A stretch of 64,000 nucleotides of DNA. Source: Gemmatimonadaceae bacterium (lineage in GTDB: Bacteria; Gemmatimonadota; Gemmatimonadetes; Gemmatimonadales; Gemmatimonadaceae). Positions within the stretch are counted from its first letter, which is position 1. Each line of letters begins with the position of its first letter. The notes under the pieces were generated by a model. That model made no database searches and had not been told where the DNA came from. It saw nothing but the letters and a program-made list of their open reading frames with translations. Below are positions 1-7,769 of the stretch, piece by piece. The position numbers and the translations under genes were made by a program. The stretch lies in the NCBI GenBank assembly GCA_045803545.1, contig JBJMOW010000005.1:1088001-1152000 (forward strand), read 5' to 3'.

Positions 1-174
1 GTCGCCGACTCAGTTGGCAACGCGGACGCGGGACCGATAGCGGTGCGGCTGGGCGATTTGTGGAGCGAGTTTATTCGCGTCGCTGACGAGGCGCGCGATC
101 CCGCCGCACCCCGAAAGCGTGCGGCGGTTATCCCCCTCCTCGACCATATGAAGGGGATCCTGGAGTGGGATTAG
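1..174 (+). CDS. 3' end of a hypothetical protein (partial, runs off window)
   Basis: Frame 1 is open from base 1 (VADSVGNADAGPIAVRLGDLWSEF...KGILEWD) to TAG at 172-174 and converges on the AraC gene stop. Confidence 0.55.
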   Translation, partial: VADSVGNADAGPIAVRLGDLWSEFIRVADEARDPAAPRKRAAVIPLLDHMKGILEWD

Positions 175-1031
175 CTCGGCTCTCGTCTCCGGCGTCGCCG
201 GCGATGTGATCCATTGTGCCCCGGCGGGTGGCCAGGGTCGTCCTCCAGCGATCCGTCGTCACCCGCGCGGAGCCACTCCAGCACCGCAGCAATCCCGGCT
301 TCGTCAGTAAGCCTGGTGCGGACACGCGCCGGGGTTTCCCCAAAGACGCTGACCCAGTGCTGCGAAAAGATGCGCGCCGTTTTGTATCCGAGCTTGATTG
401 ACACGTCGAGAACCGAATAACCCGGATCGCGCAAATAGCCAAAGCCACGCAACACTTTCGCTGCGATTAGCAGGCGCTTCGGCGAGCCGAGCCGCGCCGA
501 ATCGAGATTCCGGTAGACGCTGACAATGGCGATCCCCGCTTCCATCGCCAGGTCGAAAGCGCTCGTGTAGCGGTGTGGCTGCTCGAAAAGATTCTCGATA
601 GTGACTGAAAGCTGCCTCGGGATCTGTGAGAGCCTTCCGCGAAGCGCCTCGATCACGTCGTGGGTCAGCGCATTTCCTTCCAGCCGTTCGACGCGCTCCT
701 TGAACCCCTCGGGCTCGTCGTCGAAACGATGCAGCACGACCTCCTTCAATCCCAGCCGCCCCAGCTGAGCTACCGCACTGAATTGAGGTGCATGAAGGGT
801 TACGTATGCGATCAGCGGTAGCGACGGATACCGCTTCAGCAGGCCAGCGACCGCGCCGACGTTCATGATCCCGTCAGCGGCCGGGTCGAGGATGACAACG
901 CTGACGGGTTTGCGGCGGATAAACGACTCGAGCTCTTGCCAGTTGTCGGCAATCAAAAGCTCGGGCTCCTCGGCGAAAACGTGCTTGACGTGGGCGAGGA
1001 GTCGAGTCGGCAGGAACGCCGCAACGCTCAA
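171..1031 (-). CDS. AraC/XylS-family transcriptional regulator with N-terminal receiver-like domain
   Basis: C-terminal double HTH (DLAMEAGIAIVSVYRNL; SVLDVSIKLGYKTARIFSQHWVSVFGETP); N-terminal VVILDP...PLIAYVT receiver-like pattern. Confidence 0.85.
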   Translation of the reverse strand: MSVAAFLPTRLLAHVKHVFAEEPELLIADNWQELESFIRRKPVSVVILDPAADGIMNVGAVAGLLKRYPSLPLIAYVTLHAPQFSAVAQLGRLGLKEVVLHRFDDEPEGFKERVERLEGNALTHDVIEALRGRLSQIPRQLSVTIENLFEQPHRYTSAFDLAMEAGIAIVSVYRNLDSARLGSPKRLLIAAKVLRGFGYLRDPGYSVLDVSIKLGYKTARIFSQHWVSVFGETPARVRTRLTDEAGIAAVLEWLRAGDDGSLEDDPGHPPGHNGSHRRRRRRREPS

Positions 1032-1093
1032 TAGCGGATGGAGCGCATGATCCTAGGAAACTGGCGGCTAAACCTCTACAGCGGGAGGGGAGG

Positions 1094-1156
1094 TGATAAG
1101 AAAAGTGCTGTTTCTGATAGGAAACAAGCATTTTCTGATAAGAAAATGCCATTTCG
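1094..1156 (+). promoter_or_regulatory. Three 21-bp direct repeats, probable AraC-family operator upstream of the small lipopeptide gene
   Basis: TGATAAGAAAAGTGCTGTTTC / TGATAGGAAACAAGCATTTTC / TGATAAGAAAATGCCATTTCG starting at 1094, 1115 and 1136; -10-like TACGTT at 1174-1179. Confidence 0.75.
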
Positions 1157-1227
1157 GCATCCGCCGTGGGTCATACGTTGAGCGTGGTCAGTACGCCAAC
1201 GAACCCATTCTTTTTCAGGAGCTTCAA

Positions 1228-1359
1228 ATGATCCGCCGTCGCCTTCTCATCGTCGCCACCGTCGTCGCTTCCGTCGTCCTCGCCGCTTGCTCAGACATGA
1301 CGGCTCCGACGAATGATGCATCCTGCCCGGTCAGCACCGGGTCGTCTACCTGTAAGTAA
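1228..1359 (+). CDS. 43-aa secreted lipopeptide precursor (lipobox LAAC, C-terminal C-x8-C loop)
   Basis: AGGAG RBS at 1217-1221, ATG 1228; MIRRRLLIVATVVASVVLAA-CSDMTAPTNDASCPVSTGSSTCK. Confidence 0.8.
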   Translation: MIRRRLLIVATVVASVVLAACSDMTAPTNDASCPVSTGSSTCK

Positions 1360-1374
1360 GCCCGGCGGCTAGAC

Positions 1375-2601
1375 TCAGCCGGTAGCGACAGCGGCCTTGC
1401 GCAGCTCCGAAATGTCGTGAGCTGCCGCAAGGACGTCGTGCGTCAGTGGTGCAAACGTGGGCTGCGTTCCCGCTTTGCGAGCCTTGGAGCGCAATGCGGA
1501 GAGGGCTTCGTCCGCCTTAAAAGAAACTGAGAAGATCTGATTATGATCCGCGCAACTCTTGGCCTCCGACAAAGCCTGCGCCGCAGTTTCGTATCGGTCG
1601 AATCGTTCGAGGCCCTCTCCAAGCATCAGCAGAAAATGCGATTTAAGCAAAGGCGGGAGAGGCTCACGTCTCAGTTCGCTCGTGTAGTCGTCGAACGCCG
1701 TCTCCTGACCATCAAACGAAGCCAATTCCATAAGGTTGATAATCGCCTGCCAGCGAACCCATTTAGTCTGCGCTGTCGCGGCCATCAAAAGGTAGGAATC
1801 ACGCGCGGCATCTCTCATACCTAGCTCGCCAAAAAACGCACCGAGGTCGCCCAGAATGCCTTCGCGATCTGCGTGTGCGCTCGAGAGGCGAAGCGCGTCG
1901 TGCGCCAGTTTTACGGCTTCAGCCGGATCACCGCGGCGATGCGCCAGCGCCGCGCGACTGTGCAATGCAATCGATTGCACTTCCCGAATTTCGAGGTCGG
2001 CGGCCTGCGTGAGCACGTCGTCGAGAATGCTCTGTGCCTGCGGCAGGTTTCCCTTCGCCATATAGGTGTTCGCGATACCGACCTGCACCGTCAGCACACC
2101 TTGGCGATCGCCCATGGTGTCAGCGATGTACGCGGCCTGCGAATACGCGCGCGCCGAGGTTTCCCAATCGCCATTGCGACGGGCAGCACCCCCTACAGCG
2201 ACATTCGCTTCAACGGCGAGCTTGGCGTTCTTCTCCGGACGCGAAATCTTCGCGACGGTCTGGTACACATCGGCTGCGAGCGACCAGTTCGCGTCGTAGT
2301 CGAGCGCCCGACCGTACCCGAGCAGTGATCGGCACACGATCTCGTCAATCGTGCCCCGCGCGATCGTCTCCTCGAGTACGGTGGTAAGGACGCCGCGAAT
2401 CGGATCCCCGGCGCTCACCTCTTCCACTGAACTGCGCACACTGTGCAGCTGTGCCCAGTTCGCCGGGTCGACCGACGCCGAATTGTCGGTATAGGAATCG
2501 ACCAGTCGCAGGACCGAGAGTCCGGCAAACACAGAACGCCAGGAGGCTGAATCCTCCCTTAGCGTACCAAGCGTATCGAAGAAGACTTGATGCCGGATCA
2601 T
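1375..2601 (-). CDS. Cytoplasmic tetratricopeptide-repeat protein
   Basis: Repeated helical TPR-like units (GGAARRNGDWETSARAYSQA; IANTYMAKGNLPQAQSILDDV; AALAHRRGDPAEAVKLAHDAL); no signal peptide and no HTH evident. Confidence 0.8.
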   Translation of the reverse strand: MIRHQVFFDTLGTLREDSASWRSVFAGLSVLRLVDSYTDNSASVDPANWAQLHSVRSSVEEVSAGDPIRGVLTTVLEETIARGTIDEIVCRSLLGYGRALDYDANWSLAADVYQTVAKISRPEKNAKLAVEANVAVGGAARRNGDWETSARAYSQAAYIADTMGDRQGVLTVQVGIANTYMAKGNLPQAQSILDDVLTQAADLEIREVQSIALHSRAALAHRRGDPAEAVKLAHDALRLSSAHADREGILGDLGAFFGELGMRDAARDSYLLMAATAQTKWVRWQAIINLMELASFDGQETAFDDYTSELRREPLPPLLKSHFLLMLGEGLERFDRYETAAQALSEAKSCADHNQIFSVSFKADEALSALRSKARKAGTQPTFAPLTHDVLAAAHDISELRKAAVATG

Positions 2602-2620
2602 TGGGTAGGCTGGTTTTTTG

Positions 2621-2696
2621 GTGACTCAAAAATGCCACTGTGCACCCGTTTCCGAAATGCCTGTTTCGTATCACTGGAGGGGCGATTTCGTGTCAC
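2621..2696 (-). promoter_or_regulatory. Copies of the same operator motif upstream of the TPR gene
   Basis: Minus strand TGATACGAAACAGGCATTTCGG (2673-2652) and TGACACGAAATCGCC (from 2695); an inverted copy TGACTCAAAAATGCCACT on + at 2622. Confidence 0.65.
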
Positions 2697-2716
2697 TTAA
2701 GCCTCGCTACAGGCCC

Positions 2717-4372
2717 CTAAGTGCCCTTATTTGGGGGGCGGGATCCGGTCCCGTAAACGCGCTCCTCCATGGGGATATACCAGTCGGCCAGCGAAAACCA
2801 CCATGCATCCGGTCGCATCACATTCGTGTGGATGCGACGGTGAATCGCGATAATCTTGCGCGCTTCGTACAGCCAGATTGCGGGCGCGTCATCGTTGATG
2901 ATTGAGTACGCCCTGGAAAACAAGTCGCGCGCGTGTGTGGCATCTGCTTTGAGCGCGGTGTCGAGAGCGCTGTCGAAAGCAGCGTTCCTGTAATGACCGT
3001 AATTCACTCCATTGGAGCTGGCGCCTTCGCTGCTCCATGCGTCCCAGGTCCCGTCCGGACTAGCACTCATGGTCCAAACGTCCAGCGCTGCATCAAAGAC
3101 GCCCTTTCGCTCGCGCTCAGTCTCCGTGCTCGGATCGAGCTGTTCCAGATTCACGCGTATGCCCGCGCGTTTCAGCTGGTCCTGAAGAATTACTCCAGCG
3201 CGCATCCTGTTCAGGCTGCTGGTGGGAATGGCGATGTTGAATGCGAGCTGGCTGCCGTTCTTCGCTCGAATGCCAGCACTCCCGCGCAACCAGCCGAGCG
3301 AATCAAGCAGTGCGCTTGCGCGCGCCGAGTCGTAAGGAAGCTGAGAAAGTTTCGGATCAGTCGTGGGATAAACGCGCACCGTCGGACCCGCGGGCACAAT
3401 TGCGAAAGTATCGAGGATGTTTCTGGCCAACGTCTGGCGATTGAGCGCGAGCGCAATCGCGCGACGCATCTCTCGGTCGGCGAACAGGCGATGCGGCTTC
3501 GTCGTATCGTTCGGGTCCCGGAGATTGAAGCGCATGAACACGTAGTCCATCCCCGGCACTATCACCGCGCGCAGCGCAGGCTGATGCTCAAGTTCGGCGA
3601 GATCCTGAGGGCGTAGTCCGTCGAACACGTCCGCATCGCCGCGCAACAGTCGGGTGAGCGCGGCCGGGAAGTCGGGCACAATGCTCCAGATGACTCGGTC
3701 GACCCGTGCACGACCGCGGTAGTTGCCGGTGTCGGCAACCAATTCGATGCTTTCCCCCTTGTTCAGTTTGCGAAGACGAAACCGTCCGCTGCCGACCGAA
3801 GGTGGTGGCGATTCACGCAGTGACGATACGCGAATGTGCTCGAGTTGATGCGACGGCAGTATCAGCAACTGCGCAGCGGCGTCGAGGAACTGCGTCGGCA
3901 ATCGACGACGAAACCAGAATTTTGCAGTCAGCGAATCGACGATTGTGACAGAATCGATGTTGCCGAGCGACGACTCATACCGCGACGCGAGCTGGGGGTT
4001 TTTATTGAGAGCGAAGGTGAACGCGACGTCGCGCGCGGTGACGCGCTCCCCGTCATGCCAGCGCGCGCGCGGATTGATTTCAAAGGAGATCTGCATCGAG
4101 TCAGTCGACCAGCTCCACTTGTTTGCTAGCTGTGGTCGAAAGCCGCGATCGCTGAGGGTGTTGAGATCGGGCCCGACGTCCGCCAGATAATCGTAGATCT
4201 GCTCGGACACCTGCTTCGCCTGGGTGGTAAGCACCAGTGGAGGGAATAGCGTACCGGGATCCTGAACGGCGATGATGACAATGGTACCACCGGTCTCCGG
4301 TCGCTGTCGCGCCCCGTTCTCCGAGCATCCGGCGAGCGCAGCAATCATCGTGAACAGCGCGCGTTTCTTCAT
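2717..4372 (-). CDS. ABC transporter peptide-binding lipoprotein (SBP family 5, OppA/DppA-like)
   Basis: Lipobox LAGC; family-5 motifs PQLANKWSWS, RWHDGERVTARDVAFTF, VGSGRFRL, RRAIALALNR. Confidence 0.9.
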   Translation of the reverse strand: MKKRALFTMIAALAGCSENGARQRPETGGTIVIIAVQDPGTLFPPLVLTTQAKQVSEQIYDYLADVGPDLNTLSDRGFRPQLANKWSWSTDSMQISFEINPRARWHDGERVTARDVAFTFALNKNPQLASRYESSLGNIDSVTIVDSLTAKFWFRRRLPTQFLDAAAQLLILPSHQLEHIRVSSLRESPPPSVGSGRFRLRKLNKGESIELVADTGNYRGRARVDRVIWSIVPDFPAALTRLLRGDADVFDGLRPQDLAELEHQPALRAVIVPGMDYVFMRFNLRDPNDTTKPHRLFADREMRRAIALALNRQTLARNILDTFAIVPAGPTVRVYPTTDPKLSQLPYDSARASALLDSLGWLRGSAGIRAKNGSQLAFNIAIPTSSLNRMRAGVILQDQLKRAGIRVNLEQLDPSTETERERKGVFDAALDVWTMSASPDGTWDAWSSEGASSNGVNYGHYRNAAFDSALDTALKADATHARDLFSRAYSIINDDAPAIWLYEARKIIAIHRRIHTNVMRPDAWWFSLADWYIPMEERVYGTGSRPPNKGT

Positions 4373-4529
4373 GCGGGTGAAGGTACAAGCTCGGCGGGAC
4401 AGTGAAAGCACAGAATTGGCTTGATAGAAAACCGACATTTTGGGATATAGAAGTGACATTGACCTCCTTGCGTACGAGTGAAAACGTCCATGATACATGG
4501 GAGAAGCTGCCGCAAAGCGAGTCGACGCG

Positions 4530-4823
4530 ATGCCTACCTTTCAGGTGGCGCACCTGCGACACGGGGATCAGGACATGGTCATCGTGCCGGTAGACCGCGC
4601 TTTTGGCAAGCGATCTACCACCGAGCAGGCGCGCATTCAAGAAGCGTTTCAGCGCAGCGCCAGTGCGGCAAACCTTCCGGGAGTGGTTGTCCTGGTGTGG
4701 GAGGATTCCGCCGGGAAGATGGCCCATCGCGCGCCGCCGACACTCAACGACTTCCTCAAGAGCATAGACATGGTCTATGTCGCAACGGCGCTCAATCGCA
4801 CACTGAGTTTGGAAACGCGCTGA
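4530..4823 (+). CDS. Small hypothetical protein
   Basis: MPTFQVAHLRHGDQDMVIVPVD..., globular composition, fills the gap between SBP and methyltransferase; start 4497 also possible. Confidence 0.65.
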   Translation: MPTFQVAHLRHGDQDMVIVPVDRAFGKRSTTEQARIQEAFQRSASAANLPGVVVLVWEDSAGKMAHRAPPTLNDFLKSIDMVYVATALNRTLSLETR

Positions 4824-4851
4824 TACTCGCGCGTCCGGACCGCGGACGCGC

Positions 4852-5604
4852 GTGAAGTTCAAGGACCACTTCTCAAATCGCGCTGCGCAGTACGCGACCT
4901 TTCGGCCGCACTATCCGAAATCGCTCTTCAGCTACCTGGTTACGCTATGCCGGCACCACGATTTTGCTCTCGATTGCGGGACGGGTAACGGTCAGGCGGC
5001 GGTCGAGATCGCGGAGCACTTTTCGCGCGTCATCGCCACGGACCCAAGCTCGGCGCAAATCGAGAAAGCGACCCGCCGCCGAAATATCGAGTACCGAGTC
5101 GCTCGCGCCGAGGACAGCGGTCTGGCGGCGCGGTCGGTAGATCTGGTTACAGCAGCCCAGGCGCTGCATTGGTTCGACGCTCCCGCATTCTTCGCCGAGG
5201 CAACACGTGTTTTAAAACGCGATGGTGCGATCGCTGTCTTTGGGTATGGCGATCCGATGCTCGACACTCGTCCGTTGCAGGACATACTGCACGAGTTCAA
5301 CCGCGGAAAGCTCGAGCCGTATTGGGCCGGCGAGCGACAGACACTGCTCGACGGTTATCGCACCGTCGAATTTCCATTCGTCGAGCTCACGTCACCCGAG
5401 TTTGAGCTGCGCGTTACGTGGACGTTCGATCAGCTTCTCGGATACCTGCGCACGTGGTCATCGACCGCGAGATACATCGAGCAGCACGGTGTCGATCCCG
5501 TAGCAACCGTCCAGCCCACTCTCGCGGCAGAATGGGGTGATGCCGATCGAGCCCGCATCATCCGTTGGCCGATATATCTCCGCGCCGGGAAAGTGCGTGA
5601 TTGA
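4852..5604 (+). CDS. Class I SAM-dependent methyltransferase
   Basis: ALDCGTGNGQ motif I; DLVTAAQALHWFD. Confidence 0.9.
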   Translation: MKFKDHFSNRAAQYATFRPHYPKSLFSYLVTLCRHHDFALDCGTGNGQAAVEIAEHFSRVIATDPSSAQIEKATRRRNIEYRVARAEDSGLAARSVDLVTAAQALHWFDAPAFFAEATRVLKRDGAIAVFGYGDPMLDTRPLQDILHEFNRGKLEPYWAGERQTLLDGYRTVEFPFVELTSPEFELRVTWTFDQLLGYLRTWSSTARYIEQHGVDPVATVQPTLAAEWGDADRARIIRWPIYLRAGKVRD

Positions 5605-5644
5605 AGCGGTTGAAACCCGTCGTAGGCCCTGTGATACTGCGAGC

Positions 5645-6952
5645 ATGACCAAAAACAAGCTCGTCGCCCCGCGCGCAGCGATGCACGTTGCCGTCGTCGC
5701 GATCGTAACATTTCCAGGCGCCCCTCGAGCGCTCGCGCAGCACGAGCACCACGCCATGCAGATGGGTGCATCGGACACATCGGTGAGTGCACCAGTCAAG
5801 CCGACGCGTCCCGTTGCCGACTCCGCCGTCGTCGCCGATTCCCTCCTCTCGCTGTGCAAGCCGCGCCGAGCTGAGTCGACGGACAGCTACGCCACATGCA
5901 TCGGCGATGGAATCGGCGCATTATCGTCCGCCGGCAACATTGCGCTGGCGATGGGAGCGCTCGACAAGGTCGTGCACGATGACCCATCGCTGATTCTGGT
6001 CAGCCATCCACTCGCGCATGCGCTCGGCTACGCGGTGCGGTCGACTCCGGCAACTGCGACGCGACTGTTGTCGCAGTGTGACGACCGGTATCAGTCAGGA
6101 TGCTATCACGGCATCCTGCAGCGCTACTTCGACGCGCGAATGGGAATGCCGATCTCTCAGAGCTTTCTCACCGCGCCGTGTGATGGGCTGCGCGGCACCG
6201 CCGACCAATTCCGGCTATTCGATTGCCTGCACGGGACGGGTCACGGCCTGATGATGTACCACGGCTACGATGTGAATGCATCGCTGCACGACTGCGATCG
6301 CCTGTCGTCAACGTGGGATCAACGGAGTTGCTGGAGTGGCGTGTTCATGGAGCACAACATGGGCGCGCGGATGATGGTGTTTGGTGACGGTAAGTTCGGC
6401 ATGCACCGCCACTCGATGCCCTCCGGATCGGTCGTGCTGTTTCGACCGAAGGATCTTCATTTTCCATGCGACTCCACAGCGGCGAAGTATCGCTACGCCT
6501 GTTACGAGCTCCAGTCGGATCTGATTCTGCCTGCGGTGCAGCAGGACTACAGGAAAGCAGGAGCGGTCTGCGACGACGCCGGCTCGCCTCAGCTCGTCGC
6601 GTTCTGCTATGTGGGATTGGGAAGAAACGCGTCGGGCGCATCCGCATTTCAGTACAACGGAATCAAGAAACGTTGTACGCTGGCTTCATCCTTCGGTGAG
6701 CCATTCTGCTATCAGGGTGCGGTTCGCCACCTGGCATATGCTCCCAGCGAGCTGCCGCGCGGCGTCGGCTTTTGCAAATCGTTTCCGGCTGGCGACAATC
6801 GGGTGCATTGCTGGAATGGCATTGGACAACAAATCGCCGGGTTCTTCGCGGACCTGCCCGCAAGAAGACGCGCCTGCCAAACTGAATCAACCGACGATGT
6901 CGCTGCGTGTCTCGTCGGCGCAGGCGCCAATACTGTAGCGCACGAAGAGTAG
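5645..6952 (+). CDS. Secreted Cys/His-rich helical-repeat protein of unknown function
   Basis: Signal peptide ending ALA-Q; 18 Cys in paired spacing; HPLAHALG, CYHG, CLHGTGHG, GVFMEH motifs. Confidence 0.75.
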   Translation: MTKNKLVAPRAAMHVAVVAIVTFPGAPRALAQHEHHAMQMGASDTSVSAPVKPTRPVADSAVVADSLLSLCKPRRAESTDSYATCIGDGIGALSSAGNIALAMGALDKVVHDDPSLILVSHPLAHALGYAVRSTPATATRLLSQCDDRYQSGCYHGILQRYFDARMGMPISQSFLTAPCDGLRGTADQFRLFDCLHGTGHGLMMYHGYDVNASLHDCDRLSSTWDQRSCWSGVFMEHNMGARMMVFGDGKFGMHRHSMPSGSVVLFRPKDLHFPCDSTAAKYRYACYELQSDLILPAVQQDYRKAGAVCDDAGSPQLVAFCYVGLGRNASGASAFQYNGIKKRCTLASSFGEPFCYQGAVRHLAYAPSELPRGVGFCKSFPAGDNRVHCWNGIGQQIAGFFADLPARRRACQTESTDDVAACLVGAGANTVAHEE

Positions 6953-7087
6953 AGTTATGGGCTTTGGCGCGCCTGCAACGGGCTACCATTGCTCGAATCC
7001 GGTGCGCGAATTGCCTGATCAGTTAACGGTCGCGCTCCAATTCAGTGGCGTGGTGCGTAATTGAAGAGTGCAATTGTCGAGGCTGCA

Positions 7088-7755
7088 ATGACAGAAAAAC
7101 GCTGTTCCGTCCGGCTGCTGGTGTTCGGCGCATCGCTGCGCGAGGGATCGATGAACGACAAACTCGCGTCGCTCGCGGCTCAGGTGGCCGAGGAAAAGGG
7201 CGCGACCGTCGATCGCGCAACGATGAGTGATTTCGAATGCCCCGCGTACGATCTGGATGTCGAGGTCGGGACTGGTCTGCCTAGCGGCGCCCAGGCACTA
7301 CACGACAAACTCATTGCGAGCGACGGATTCATCATCGCCTCGCCTGAATACAACGCGTCGATGCCGGGCGTGCTCAAAAACACCATCGACTGGGTCTCAC
7401 GCTTTCATCCGCAGCCCTTGAACGGCAAGCAGGGACTGCTGGTCGCGGCGTCACCGTCGATGACGGCGGCAAGATTGGCCTGTGGGCGCTCCGGCAGCCG
7501 CTCGAACACCTTGGCGCCCGCATCTATCCCGACATGTTTGCGCTGGCGCAGGCGCATCATGCGTTCGACGACGCCGGCCGAATCGCCGATGGCAAGCTGC
7601 AAACCTGGTTCGAGTCGACAATCGATTGCTTCATCGATCTGGTGGAAGCGTCGAAGCACTACCCGAATCTCAAGAAACAGTGGGTCGAGTTTCTCGGCGA
7701 AAAACCAGACGAGGAGACGACTCGCGTCGAGCTTGGAGAAACTGCCGCAGTCTAA
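7088..7755 (+). pseudogene. NADPH-dependent FMN reductase with a 1-nt frameshift (pseudogene or sequencing error)
   Basis: GASLREGSMN and SPEYNASMPGVLKNTIDW in one frame; adding one G at 7465-7466 gives SPSMTGGKIGLWALRQPLEHLGARIYPDMF... to TAA 7755. Confidence 0.75.
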
Positions 7756-7769
7756 CGCGGGAGAACCGT

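Noticed and set aside
101..127. Hairpin CCGCCGCAC...GTGCGGCGG as an ncRNA or terminator
   Set aside because: It lies inside an open + strand reading frame and has no clear U-tract; it may still help terminate the AraC transcript, but this is unsupported
1094..1156. Mini-CRISPR or coding N-terminal extension of the peptide (ORF from 1093)
   Set aside because: The repeats abut with no spacers, and the RBS and signal peptide place the start at 1228
2717..2770. Unusual C-terminus of the peptide-binding protein
   Set aside because: One extra T would give ...ERVLRDRIPPPK-stop, a more plausible end; likely a homopolymer indel rather than biology (unverified)
7455..7475. Programmed ribosomal frameshift in the FMN reductase
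   Set aside because: No slippery heptamer; a simple 1-nt deletion explains it
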